A stretch of 64,000 bases of DNA. It comes from an uncultured Chloroflexia bacterium (GTDB taxonomy: Bacteria; Chloroflexota; Limnocylindria; Limnocylindrales; CSP1-4). The notes beneath the pieces are model-generated. The model was given only the letters and a program-made list of their open reading frames with translations. It was not told the origin of the DNA and did no database searches. Location of the stretch: NCBI GenBank assembly GCA_963750125.1, contig CAVVPT010000026.1, forward strand, positions 88,993-152,992, given 5' to 3'. The position numbers were made by a program, and so were the translations under genes. Positions 55,491 through 64,000 of the stretch are shown here, piece after piece; positions within the stretch are counted from its first letter, which is position 1, and every line of letters starts with the position of its first letter.

Positions 55491-56399
55491 CTACTCGAAA
55501 GTGGCCGATGCGAGGATGGCGCGCAGCTCGTCGACGGCGTTCTGCGGCGAGTCCGCGTAGTGCCCACCAATGAGGACCACGACCCGGCCGTCCACGTCCA
55601 CGGCCCACACCTCCTCGACCGCGCCCGGGGGGCTGTACCGACCCCGGTCTTCGTCTCGTGACCCGAACATGGTGAGGCTGTCGCCGCCTCCGTCGCAGGA
55701 GGTAATGTCAACGTCATCCGCCTGTTGGAGGATGATCTTCTTGCCGTCGTGACCATCCACCGTGATGTCCTCGGGCGCCGATGCCTCCCGCGACCCCTGG
55801 TTCGCAAGGGCGTCGACGAACTCGTCGACAGTCGTGGCCGGGGTAGCGGGCTTGGTGGTCATGTAGTGGCAGGCATCCCCGAACACGTAGTACTCGGGAC
55901 CTGTGAAGGCGATCAACCCCACGGCGCAGTCAGGGGCGCCATCCCAGCACAGGTAGCCTCCGTTCGGATCCCCGCCCCAAAGAGGCGCGGCGATGTTGAC
56001 GGTGATCGGCACGCCGCCGTCGGTCCCCTCCACGAGGAGGTAGGGGCCTTCCGGCAGGCCGGCGGCAACCGAGGGGGATGGCTCCGCCGTGGCCGTCGGC
56101 GCGGCCGTGGCAGTCGGCTCGGCCGTGGCAGTCGGCTCGACGGCAGGTCCGCCGACATTCGAGCTCGGCGAACCGATGAACCGGGTACCAAGGAGAAGTG
56201 CGACGACCAGGGCGGCGGCGCCGAGGCCGACGGGAATGAGCTTGTTCAAGGTAGGAACCCTCCACGGGCCAAGAACGACCCGTTGTCGTGTCTGCTCAGT
56301 GCGATCGCGGACCGCGTCGAACGACGAGTCGGGCAACGAGGTCGGGCCATCGAGAAGGAAGGCGTTGAGCTGGCGGTCGAGGTCGTGATGTGCGGTCAT
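55491..56399 (-). CDS. Anti-sigma-factor-like single-pass membrane protein (paralog 1)
   Basis: The N-terminal ~95 aa are shared with 57143..57967 (QRVVLGPWRVPTLNKLIPVGLGAAALVV..RFIGSPSSNVGGPA). EPTATA repeats follow, then a divergent extracytoplasmic domain. ATGA overlap with its sigma gene. Confidence 0.7.
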   Translation of the reverse strand: MTAHHDLDRQLNAFLLDGPTSLPDSSFDAVRDRTEQTRQRVVLGPWRVPTLNKLIPVGLGAAALVVALLLGTRFIGSPSSNVGGPAVEPTATAEPTATAAPTATAEPSPSVAAGLPEGPYLLVEGTDGGVPITVNIAAPLWGGDPNGGYLCWDGAPDCAVGLIAFTGPEYYVFGDACHYMTTKPATPATTVDEFVDALANQGSREASAPEDITVDGHDGKKIILQQADDVDITSCDGGGDSLTMFGSRDEDRGRYSPPGAVEEVWAVDVDGRVVVLIGGHYADSPQNAVDELRAILASATFE

Positions 56400-56950
56400 G
56401 CCGTTCGCTCCCCCGATGCCGTGGATGCCCGAGCGTCTGCCTCGAGGATGGCCCGGAGCGCCTGTTTGGCGTGATGCATGCGGGACTTGACCGTCCCGAC
56501 GGGAATGCCGATGCGAGCCGCGACCTCCGGCAATGGGAGGCCGAGGTAGTGGTGGAAGACCAGGACCGCACGCTGCTCGACGGTGAGCCGTCGAAAAGCG
56601 CGCTCGAACTGATCTCGGTTATCGACTGCCTGATACTCATCGGGCCCGTGCACAGGCTCGACCGGCATGAGTCGGATCCCCTCCGACCAGCGCGTGCGAC
56701 GCCTGGCCTCCGAGTAGCACGCGTTTGTCAGGATCCGGTGCAGCCAGGGCTCGAAGAGCGCGGGGTCGCGCAGCGTACGGATTTCTCGCCACGCAGTCAG
56801 CAGCGCCGACTGGACGGCGTCGTCAGCAAGGTCGTAGTCGCGAAGGATCCTGAACGCGATCGCCATGCATCGGTCACCGGTCAGGCGAGCAAGCGAATCG
56901 AAGGCCTCATGATCGCCTCGCTTCGCCTGGGCCACCAGTTCTGCGTGCAC
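56396..56950 (-). CDS. ECF sigma factor (paralog 1)
   Basis: DAVQSALLTAW (region 2) and LTVEQRAVLVFHHYLGLPLPEVAARIGIPVGTVKSRMHHA (region 4). GTG at 56950. Confidence 0.85.
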   Translation of the reverse strand: MHAELVAQAKRGDHEAFDSLARLTGDRCMAIAFRILRDYDLADDAVQSALLTAWREIRTLRDPALFEPWLHRILTNACYSEARRRTRWSEGIRLMPVEPVHGPDEYQAVDNRDQFERAFRRLTVEQRAVLVFHHYLGLPLPEVAARIGIPVGTVKSRMHHAKQALRAILEADARASTASGERTA

Positions 56951-57004
56951 CCATCCCTCCGGGCCTCGGTCGTGGTCGCGTCCGATGTGGCCGCGATCGG
57001 ACTA

Positions 57005-57036
57005 GAGAGTCCCCGGGCCAGCCTAGCGGTTCAATC
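57005..57036 (-). promoter_or_regulatory. ECF-type promoter motif copy B upstream of sigma paralog 1
   Basis: Minus strand reads gaTTGAACcgcTaGGCTggCCcggggaCTCTC, about 55 nt upstream of the GTG at 56950. Confidence 0.55.
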
Positions 57037-57039
57037 TGC

Positions 57040-57077
57040 GCGCAAACGAAGAAGCGGGCGGCCCGAGGGCCGCCCGC
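57040..57077 (-). terminator. Intrinsic terminator-like hairpin after anti-sigma paralog 2
   Basis: Perfect 10-bp stem gcgggcggcc-cgag-ggccgcccgc (57054-57077). On the minus strand it is followed by TTCTTCGTTTG. Confidence 0.6.
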
Positions 57078-57142
57078 GCTTCGATCAGGATCGTGGGCTG
57101 TATTGAGCGATCAGGCGTTCGCGATCGCGGACTGGCGATCGA

Positions 57143-57967
57143 TCAGGGCGACGCGGACGGCGCCACATCGATGGCGTCCTCGGGATGGAGTTGCACCGTG
57201 GCAAGGACCTCCTCGAACCACGCCCGATCGTAGGACGCGACGGCGGCTGGATCGTCCTGGGACCTGCGGAGCGAGATCCAGTAGCCGCGGCCATCGGTTG
57301 TGACGACCGCGAGGTCACAGCCCTCGACGGTGATGAGTCCCGTGGCGCCGTCGACGGCGATCGGCTCGGTTGCCGCGCATTCCTCCATGTCCGCCCATTC
57401 CGCCATCTGCTCCGTGATCCAATCCTCGGGCGTGGAGTCGCCGATCGGCTGCGAGGCGATGACCAGGAACAGATGGTCGGTCAGGGTCGGGTGGTACAGG
57501 CGGTCGTCATAGGCGTTATCAATGGAATGGGTGGACGGGCCATCCGTCCAGGGCTCGGTCCCCGCTCGAGCGGTCCATCCCTCGGGGTACGACAGCGAAA
57601 TCCCGTGCAGTGGCGAGGTGAAGGTCTCGGTCAGCGGCGGAGCGGCTATGGGCGACGGCGCCGCCGATGCCGGCGCCTCGGAGGGCGCGGTAGACGCCGG
57701 CGGCTGGCTGGCCGGTCCGCCCACGTTCGAGCTGGGCGAACCGATGAATCGGGAACCAATGAAGAGGACGGCGATCACGGCGGCGGCGCCGAGACCGATC
57801 GGCAAGAACTTGCTCATGGTGGGAACCCTCCACGGGCCGATGACGACCCGTTGTCGTTTCTGTTCGATCTCGGCACGGACGGCGTCGTAGACCTGGTCGT
57901 CCAGCTGCCCTGCGTCTTCGCGAAGGAAGGCGTGGATCATGCGGTCGGGATCTCGGGACGCGGTCAT
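57143..57967 (-). CDS. Anti-sigma-factor-like single-pass membrane protein (paralog 2)
   Basis: Shares the N-terminal module (QRVVIGPWRVPTMSKFLPIGLGAAAVIAV..RFIGSPSSNVGGPA) with paralog 1. The C-terminal domain is unrelated to that of paralog 1. Confidence 0.7.
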   Translation of the reverse strand: MTASRDPDRMIHAFLREDAGQLDDQVYDAVRAEIEQKRQRVVIGPWRVPTMSKFLPIGLGAAAVIAVLFIGSRFIGSPSSNVGGPASQPPASTAPSEAPASAAPSPIAAPPLTETFTSPLHGISLSYPEGWTARAGTEPWTDGPSTHSIDNAYDDRLYHPTLTDHLFLVIASQPIGDSTPEDWITEQMAEWADMEECAATEPIAVDGATGLITVEGCDLAVVTTDGRGYWISLRRSQDDPAAVASYDRAWFEEVLATVQLHPEDAIDVAPSASP

Positions 57968-58518
57968 GCCAGTCGCTCCTGGGAAGGCGGGGTGGCCCGG
58001 GCGTCAGCTTCGATGCTGGCCTTGAGCGCCCGCGTGGCGTGGTGCAGCCGGGACTTTGCAGTCCCGACGGGAAGTCCGGTTCGTGCCGCCACCTCGGAGA
58101 TCGAGAGCCCGAGGTAGTGGTGGAAGACCAGGACGACGCGCTGTTGGACGGTGAGCCTCCGGAAGGCCCGCTCCAGCAGGTCGCGGTCGTCCACGGTCAG
58201 GTAGTCGTCAGGGCCGTACGTGCCCGCGACCGGGATGATCCTGAGGCCCTCGGACCACCGCGTGCGACGCCTGGCCTCGGCGTAGCACGCATTGGTGAGG
58301 ATGCGGTGGAGCCACGGCTCGAAGCGGGACGGGTCGCGGAGCGTGCGGAGCTCGATCCAGGCCGTGATCAATGCGGCCTGGACGGCGTCCTCGGCCAGAT
58401 TGCGGTCGCGGAGGATCTTCACCGCGATCGCCTGGCAACGGTCGCCCACCGTGCGCGCCAGGGCGTCGAACGCTTCCGCGTCGCCCTGCTGCGCCTGGCG
58501 GACCAGCTCCTCGTGCAC
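57964..58518 (-). CDS. ECF sigma factor (paralog 2); start set to the GTG at 58518 rather than the ORF-track ATG at 58566
   Basis: High identity by eye to 56396..56950. The promoter motif abuts the ATG at 58566. The GTG at 58518 (VHEELV) is the positional equivalent of the paralog 1 start (VHAELV). Confidence 0.8.
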   Translation of the reverse strand: MHEELVRQAQQGDAEAFDALARTVGDRCQAIAVKILRDRNLAEDAVQAALITAWIELRTLRDPSRFEPWLHRILTNACYAEARRRTRWSEGLRIIPVAGTYGPDDYLTVDDRDLLERAFRRLTVQQRVVLVFHHYLGLSISEVAARTGLPVGTAKSRLHHATRALKASIEADARATPPSQERLA

Positions 58519-58570
58519 CCATCCCTCCACTCGGTGGCGATCGACCCATCTGGGACCGATCACCATGGAA

Positions 58571-58600
58571 GAGCGTTTCGGGAAGCCTAGGTGTTCAATC
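58571..58600 (-). promoter_or_regulatory. ECF-type promoter motif copy C upstream of sigma paralog 2
   Basis: Minus strand reads gaTTGAACacCTaGGCTtcCCgaaacGCTC, about 53 nt upstream of the GTG at 58518. Confidence 0.55.
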
Positions 58601-58621
58601 CCGGACGGCTAGGATCGTTCC

Positions 58622-59917
58622 GTGATCGAGGACGAGCTAGGAACCCTGCTCGCGGCACACGCCGACCGGCATTCGGTTCCCGGGGCCGCGATCGGGATCC
58701 TCCGCGGGGGAGTGGTCACGACCGCGACCTACGGAACCGCCAATATCGGGACCGGCCAGGCGGTCACCGCCGAAACGCGCTTCAGCGCCGGATCGTTGAC
58801 CAAGTCGATGGTCGCCACCGTCATCGCCGCGTTGGCCGACGCCGGTCGCCTGTCACTGAACGATCCGGTCTCGGTGCATGTGCCTGAACTGCGTGCCGGG
58901 GGATGGGCCGACCGTGCGACGGTGCTCGACCTGCTGGCAAACCGCTCCGGGCTTCCGCTGAGCGCGGCAGTCGAATTCGGCTTCTCGTCGCACCGCGACA
59001 CGGACGATCGCGCGCTCGCGCGGCTCGTGGCTGAAATCGGCGCCGACCGGCCCGCGAGCGCAATCTGGTCGTACACGAACGTCGGCTGGTGCGTGCTGGG
59101 CCGGGTCATCGAGACCGTCACGGGCGACACCTGGGAGGTCGCCATGCGGCACCACCTGTTCGACAGGGCGGGCATGACCAGCACGACATTCGCGACCGGA
59201 TCGGAGCCAGTCCGGCGAATAGTGGGGTACGACGTCACGCGCAGTGGCGCGGTTGCTGTCGAGCCGTTGGTGTCTCGCGCGTACGGCCCAGCCGGTGCGA
59301 GTGTCGTTTCGACTGTCACGGACCTGCTCCGCTTCGCTCGCCTCCACCTCGAGGACCCGTCGCTTGCTGCGCTTCGCGTCGCCGGGGCCGATGTGTCGAT
59401 CCGTGGCTGGTTCGACGCGTGGTGTCTTGGATGGGCCAGGTTCGAGTGGGAGGGCGGCAGGGTCTGGGGGTGGGACGGTCTCATTAACGGCGAGCGATCG
59501 ACGCTGCGGATCCTCCCGGGGCACGACGCCGCCTTTGTGCTGCTGACGAACAGCAGTTCGGGCCGTGCTCTCTATCGCACGCTCTTCAGTGAGCTCATGC
59601 CCACGCTCTTCGGGATCACCGTCCCGTCGCTCCGCCTCGATCCATCGCCCGGCAGCGCGGGCGATCTGACCCGCTTCGCAGGCGTCTACGGCTGGCCGGA
59701 CCGCGAGATTGAGGTCACGGCCACCGCGCGCAGTCTCCGCATCCGGACGGAGCAGGGCGAAACCGAGGCGCTCCCGATCGATGACCGGGTCTTCCTCGTC
59801 GACGCCCTGGATCCGGACAACTCCACAGTGACGTTCGGGGCGTTCGATGCCGCCGGACGGCCGAAAGTGCTCTACGACATGCTCTGGGGACTGCCTCGTT
59901 TGCATGGCAGCCCCTGA
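58622..59917 (+). CDS. Serine hydrolase of the beta-lactamase/class C (AmpC/esterase) fold
   Basis: S-x-x-K (SGSLTKSM) and Y-x-N (YTNVGW) motifs. 431 aa. GTG start. Confidence 0.8.
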   Translation: MIEDELGTLLAAHADRHSVPGAAIGILRGGVVTTATYGTANIGTGQAVTAETRFSAGSLTKSMVATVIAALADAGRLSLNDPVSVHVPELRAGGWADRATVLDLLANRSGLPLSAAVEFGFSSHRDTDDRALARLVAEIGADRPASAIWSYTNVGWCVLGRVIETVTGDTWEVAMRHHLFDRAGMTSTTFATGSEPVRRIVGYDVTRSGAVAVEPLVSRAYGPAGASVVSTVTDLLRFARLHLEDPSLAALRVAGADVSIRGWFDAWCLGWARFEWEGGRVWGWDGLINGERSTLRILPGHDAAFVLLTNSSSGRALYRTLFSELMPTLFGITVPSLRLDPSPGSAGDLTRFAGVYGWPDREIEVTATARSLRIRTEQGETEALPIDDRVFLVDALDPDNSTVTFGAFDAAGRPKVLYDMLWGLPRLHGSP

Positions 59918-59928
59918 GCCACGGTGTG

Positions 59929-60792
59929 CTATCCCGTCAGGCGGATTGCCGGGCCGACTCTCGCCGGACCGACTCGAAGAAGCGGATCAGCTCCTTGGCC
60001 AATAGGCTCGGGTGCGAGCACCGGGGCGAAATGGCCGACGCCCGGCAGCTCGCGGACGTGCGGGTCGGAGACGTGCTGGGCGATGTGCCGTGCCGCGTCG
60101 GCGAACCAGGTGCCGAGCAGGGTCTGCCGGCCACGCAGGAGCAGGACCGGCGCGGTAACCGTCCCGAGCACTTCGGGGTCGGTCGACCGGGGCCCGTGAT
60201 AGGACGCGTCCTGCTGGACGAAGCGGAGCATCGCCGGGACGCAGCCTGCCCATCGCTCGTAGAAGTCCGTCTCCTCCAGGGCGGCAATCTCGGTGTCGGT
60301 GCAGATCCACGGGGCGAACGCGCGAACCGCATCCACAAGCCGGCCGTCGGCAGCCGCCATACCCACCTGCTCCATGGTGGCGAACGTACGGGCGAGGTCG
60401 TCGTCGCGCATCAGCGACACCACACCGGGCTCGTACGCGGCCACGGCGGCCACGGACCCGCTGCGCGCGGCCGCGCCGAGCACCCACGCCCCGCTGCCCG
60501 ACCAGCCGACCAGGTAGACCGGCTCGCCGATGCTGTCCACGAACGCGGTGACGTCCTCCTCCAGGCGCACGGGCGAGTGGTCCGGGTTGTCGCTCGACAG
60601 CCCTCGGCCGCGGGTGCTCGGCAGGTAGCAGGTGAACCGGTCGGTGAGGTGGGGGAGCAGAGCCTCCCAGGCGATGTCGCCGTCCCCGATCCCGCCGTGG
60701 ACCAGGACCAGCGCCGGCCCCCGTCCCCGTACTCGTCCGGCGATCTCGGTGCCGTCGGCGGAGACGGCTCGGTGGATCCGCTCGTCAGTCAT
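59929..60792 (-). CDS. Alpha/beta hydrolase
   Basis: LVLVHGG oxyanion region and nucleophile elbow VGWSGSG. 287 aa. Confidence 0.75.
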   Translation of the reverse strand: MTDERIHRAVSADGTEIAGRVRGRGPALVLVHGGIGDGDIAWEALLPHLTDRFTCYLPSTRGRGLSSDNPDHSPVRLEEDVTAFVDSIGEPVYLVGWSGSGAWVLGAAARSGSVAAVAAYEPGVVSLMRDDDLARTFATMEQVGMAAADGRLVDAVRAFAPWICTDTEIAALEETDFYERWAGCVPAMLRFVQQDASYHGPRSTDPEVLGTVTAPVLLLRGRQTLLGTWFADAARHIAQHVSDPHVRELPGVGHFAPVLAPEPIGQGADPLLRVGPARVGPAIRLTG

Positions 60793-60932
60793 GCTGGTTC
60801 CTCGGGAACGATCGCTGCGCCGGTGTTCGGCGCGTCTACCGGGACGCTAGGCCGCGCGGCGGCCCTCCGGCATCGGCGCGATTGACCAATCTGCGGCGGC
60901 CGATCTACGCGGTTGTGCGTAGCGCGTCGCCC

Positions 60933-62570
60933 TCACCGAGTGCCGGTCATCCCGTGGTCGATGGCGTAGCGCGCGGCCTGGGTCCGGGAGGTGACACCGA
61001 TCTTGGTGAAGATGTTTGTCAGGTGCCGGGCGACCGTGCGGTCGCTGATGTAGAGCGCCTCGCCGATCTGCCGGTTGGAGCGTCCGTCGGCCACAAGTGT
61101 CAGCACCTCGCACTCGCGCCGCGTCAGCCCGTCGGGCAATTCCCGCGCCGGCCGGTACGCTCCCAGCCGCTCGTACGTCGCCTCCGCCCGCGCGACCTCC
61201 GCGGCGGCGGACGCCTCGTCGCCGAGCGCCCGGTAGGCCTCGGCGAGCCGGACACAGGTTCCGGCGGCGTCGTACGCCGCGCCGAGCTCGTGCCAGCGCC
61301 GACAGGCGTCGCGGAGCACCGGGAGCGCCTCCTCGGCGCGGCCCTCGGCCAGCAGCACCGCGCCGCGTGCGGTGGCCGCCATCGCCTCCAGCCCCGAGGT
61401 GGCGTACGTCGACGCCGTCTCCGCGAGCTCGGAGGCTGCGGCTGCCGCGTCATCCAGCCGTCCCGCGGCGACCGCGATCTCGACCGCCGCAGCACACAGC
61501 GGGGCCCGGCGCAACGGGTCGGGGCCGACCGCCGCGACGGCCGCGCGCACCGACGTCGCGGCACCCGCGGGGTCGCCCTCCTGGAGCCGCAGCAGCGCAC
61601 GTCCCGGCTGCGGGTCACGCCCGCGGGCGTGTGCCTCGTCGTACGCATCGGCGGCGCTCGGGTCGCCGCGCAACCGGCGCGCCTCGGCCACGACGTACCA
61701 GGCCTCCGCGGCGTAGTCGATCCGGTTGGCGTCGAGGTCCGCCCCGACCTGCAGCGCGTTCCGCTCGGCCTCGTCCCACTCGCCGCGGAGCAACTGGAGC
61801 TGAGCCCGGTGCACCCGGCACATGCTCCCGAACGCCACCGCCGCGGGGAAGGTGGCCAGCCACTGCTCGGTCAGGTCGATCCAGCGGCTCATTCGGCGGA
61901 TGTCGGCGACCTCGTGACAGGTCGCGATGGTGTGGCAGTAGAGGGTGCCCGACGCGAACGGGGCGAGCCGGCCGTCCAGGACGGTGACCATCGCCTCGTC
62001 GAGCAGCTTCAGCCCGTCGACCACGTGTCCGGACCTGATCAGGGCGCGGCCTTCGCCGTTCAGGCCCAAAGCCACCAGGTCGGGCTGGTCGAGCCGGCGG
62101 CCGAGGTCCTGTATCCGGCGGGCTGCGTCCACCGCCGCCGCCGGCCGCCCGGCCAGGAGACTCGCCTCCACCTCGGTGACGTGCAGCAGGTACCCGTGCA
62201 CCGGGCACTCCGGGATCCCCTCCAGCAGACGTCCGGCGCGGCCGATCCAGCCCATACCCTGCGGCTCGTCGCCCCGCGCCAGATGGAAGATTCCGAGCAC
62301 CATGGCGGCCCACGCGGCCTCGACCGGTCGGGAGTCGGCCAGGAAGGCGTCGCACGCAGCGGCGTTCAGCCGCAGGTTGTCCTCGATACGGCCGAGCCAC
62401 CACACGGCATCGGCGTACGCGGCGAGGTCGTCCGCGGTGAGCCGGTCGGCCGCAACCGCGTCGAAGTGCGACGCGGCGGTGGCCCAGTCCTGTGCCGCGT
62501 AGGCCCGCCGCGCCTGGGTCAGGTTGTCGGTGTGCTCGTCCACCCACTGTCCTCCGCCGACGGACAGCAT
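60933..62570 (-). CDS. LuxR-family transcriptional regulator with long TPR/helical-repeat N-terminal region (no ATPase domain)
   Basis: C-terminal LTRRECEVLTLVADGRSNRQIGEALYISDRTVARHLTNIFTKIGV. About 470 aa of Ala/Leu-rich helical repeats upstream. Confidence 0.8.
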   Translation of the reverse strand: MLSVGGGQWVDEHTDNLTQARRAYAAQDWATAASHFDAVAADRLTADDLAAYADAVWWLGRIEDNLRLNAAACDAFLADSRPVEAAWAAMVLGIFHLARGDEPQGMGWIGRAGRLLEGIPECPVHGYLLHVTEVEASLLAGRPAAAVDAARRIQDLGRRLDQPDLVALGLNGEGRALIRSGHVVDGLKLLDEAMVTVLDGRLAPFASGTLYCHTIATCHEVADIRRMSRWIDLTEQWLATFPAAVAFGSMCRVHRAQLQLLRGEWDEAERNALQVGADLDANRIDYAAEAWYVVAEARRLRGDPSAADAYDEAHARGRDPQPGRALLRLQEGDPAGAATSVRAAVAAVGPDPLRRAPLCAAAVEIAVAAGRLDDAAAAASELAETASTYATSGLEAMAATARGAVLLAEGRAEEALPVLRDACRRWHELGAAYDAAGTCVRLAEAYRALGDEASAAAEVARAEATYERLGAYRPARELPDGLTRRECEVLTLVADGRSNRQIGEALYISDRTVARHLTNIFTKIGVTSRTQAARYAIDHGMTGTR

Positions 62571-62589
62571 GCTACCGGCCCTCGGGACG

Positions 62590-63462
62590 TCACATCACGA
62601 GCAGGAACACCTCGATCGGGCGCTCCAGGCCTTTGACTTGGTGACGCCCGCGTTCCTCGAAGCGGAGGTCGGTGCCTTCCAACAGGCCGCGCGTGACCGA
62701 CGACACGATGATTTCGGATCCCTCCCCCAGCGCCATGATCCGCGACGCCGCATGGACGGCGACTCCTCCGATGTCGTTCGGCAGCACATCCACTTCGCCG
62801 GTGTGAACACCGATGCGAAGCTCGATCCCCAGGCCCCGTACCGCGTCCCGGATCGCGACGGCCGATCGGACGGCCCCGGCGGCACTTCCAAAGGTCGCCA
62901 GGAATCCATCCCCGGTGGTCTTTACCTCCCTGCCTCGGAAGCGATCGATCTGCGCGCGGATGAGGCGGTTGTGTTCGGCCAGCACCTGCTTCCAGGCAGC
63001 GTCCCCGAGCCTCGTCGCGGTGAGGGTCAATTCGACGATGTCGGACATGAGGAGGGTCGTCACGAGGCGCTCGTGCTCGCCCGGCACCCCGAGCGCGCTG
63101 ATGTTGCCCAACACATCGACGACGACCACCGGCTCATCCCCAACGACCCAGACGTCATGCCCGGGCGGAACATTCATGACGTCGCCGGGCCCGAACTCGG
63201 CGCTCTCGCCGTCATCCATCTCGACATGGAAGCGACCCTGCACCATCAACTGGAGATGGTGGATCTGGCACGATGGCGTGCCCTGGATCGGCTTCAAGGA
63301 CGTCGACCAGCGAAAGCCCGGCTCGAGGATGCCGCGACCCATCGTCACGGAGCCGATGTGCACCAGGTTGACGGTCCCCTTGGGAAATCGGCGCACGTCG
63401 TCCGGTGCGTCGAAGCTCTTCTGCTGGATGGCAGCGCCGGAACGTCCCTCGCGCTCGAGCAT
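62590..63462 (-). CDS. Cupin domain fused to class III adenylate/guanylate cyclase domain
   Basis: Start taken at the ATG at 63462 (MLEREG). Cupin: GDVMNVPPGHDVWVVGDEP. Cyclase: LLMSDIVELT, KTTGDGFLATF, RIGVHTGEV. Confidence 0.75.
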   Translation of the reverse strand: MLEREGRSGAAIQQKSFDAPDDVRRFPKGTVNLVHIGSVTMGRGILEPGFRWSTSLKPIQGTPSCQIHHLQLMVQGRFHVEMDDGESAEFGPGDVMNVPPGHDVWVVGDEPVVVVDVLGNISALGVPGEHERLVTTLLMSDIVELTLTATRLGDAAWKQVLAEHNRLIRAQIDRFRGREVKTTGDGFLATFGSAAGAVRSAVAIRDAVRGLGIELRIGVHTGEVDVLPNDIGGVAVHAASRIMALGEGSEIIVSSVTRGLLEGTDLRFEERGRHQVKGLERPIEVFLLVM

Positions 63463-63476
63463 GCCGTGGCCGTCCT

Positions 63477-64000
63477 TCAACCGGCGGCTTCGATGGCAAG
63501 CTCCGGCTCGGGGAGCGACAGATGGGACCGCGCGTCCTCGTTTCGCGCGACCGGCAGGAACCATCCAGGCAAAGCGGCGACGAGGTCAGGCTTGCCGTAG
63601 ATACGAACCGACCCGTCCGCCAATGCGTCCACCCATGAGCGAGAGCCGTGAGCGATGGGGGAGAGAGCGCCCGCATCGGCCTCGACGAAGACGTATCGCT
63701 CCTCGCCGATCATCGGATCCTCCTGGCAGAGCTCCGGCTCGACACCGGCGGCAAGCAGGAGCCACTGGCGATCCGATCCGTCGAGCGGCAGCGCGAACTC
63801 GATGGCGACCTGCCGCTCGGGAAGGGCTCGAGCCTCGGTCCGATGTCGAAGCCACCATAAGATGAGCGTGGGATCGCGCTGCGCGGAGGCAGGATCTTCC
63901 GGGACCCAGTGCTCCGCCCACGCCCAGAGCGACTTGAGCGTTGGCGTGAGCTGCTCACCGGCCGGCGTCAGACAGTACGGCGCCGATCGAGAGGCCACCG
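63477..64000 (-). CDS. HxlR-type winged-helix regulator with C-terminal extension (5' end outside the window)
   Basis: YCLTPAGEQLTPTLKSLWAWAEHW is the HxlR wing/helix region. The frame is open to the window edge. Confidence 0.6.
   Translation of the reverse strand, partial: VASRSAPYCLTPAGEQLTPTLKSLWAWAEHWVPEDPASAQRDPTLILWWLRHRTEARALPERQVAIEFALPLDGSDRQWLLLAAGVEPELCQEDPMIGEERYVFVEADAGALSPIAHGSRSWVDALADGSVRIYGKPDLVAALPGWFLPVARNEDARSHLSLPEPELAIEAAG

Noticed and set aside
4234-62636. Many other long ORFs with no domain signal, e.g. 4234..5961(-), 5060..6523(-), 5622..7073(+), 8287..9867(-), 12524..13606(-), 21299..22753(-), 25385..26563(-), 35346..36740(+), 43072..44871(+), 44617..46224(-), 53839..55242(+), 58853..59905(-), 60882..62636(+)
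   Set aside because: Each overlaps, on the opposite strand or in another frame, a gene with clear family motifs. Their translations are dominated by R/P/G/A runs typical of off-frame high-GC DNA, and none shows a recognisable motif.
1-64000. Search for mobile elements, prophage, integrative islands, tRNA/rRNA genes
   Set aside because: I recognised no transposase, integrase, recombinase, phage structural or tRNA-like sequences, and saw no long terminal inverted or direct repeats. Only the 27035-28097 gene shows a clear compositional dip. I cannot exclude small ncRNAs without covariance-model searches.

Overview
This is a 64-kb, very GC-rich chromosomal segment (hand counts of sample lines give about 70-72% G+C). 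Gene content looks Actinomycetota/Chloroflexota-like, but the taxon cannot be fixed from sequence alone. There are about 57 tightly packed protein-coding genes, many with 1-4 nt start/stop overlaps. I found no rRNA, tRNA, CRISPR array, transposase, integrase or phage genes.

Blocks from left to right:
- a secreted M15 peptidase;
- a quinone-oxidoreductase / MBL-hydrolase / membrane-protein trio, all frame-broken;
- a TPP riboswitch plus a ykoEDC-type thiamine-precursor ECF transporter;
- a GT1 glycosyltransferase and an aldehyde dehydrogenase;
- a DUF4386 - maltokinase - SIS - MutY-like - NnrE run;
- a double zinc-ribbon protein;
- an lpd - E1alpha - E1beta - [two inserted genes] - E2 2-oxoacid dehydrogenase operon, followed by an SDR and lipA;
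- adenosine deaminase;
- a lower-GC Ig-like lipoprotein immediately followed by a 1289-aa TIR - STAND NTPase - TM - WD40 protein, which is the best candidate for a conflict/defence module;
- a COG2345/ArsR-type regulator plus an acyl-CoA dehydrogenase;
- a ~14-kb minus-strand operon (giant membrane protein, ABC ATPase, ABC-2 permease, Gly/Gln-repeat coiled-coil protein, MoxR, DUF58, two VWA proteins), followed by a lipoprotein and a sortase-fold protein;
- DUF1015 and alpha/beta hydrolases;
- three ECF sigma/anti-sigma modules, two of which are a tandem duplication sharing a promoter motif that also precedes an amidohydrolase;
- a beta-lactamase-fold hydrolase, a cupin-cyclase + TPR-LuxR pair, and a partial HxlR regulator.

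Nine genes need about 16 single-base frame corrections, and about 14 of these look like +1 insertions. That pattern fits uncorrected consensus error better than genuine decay. All pseudogene calls below carry that caveat.
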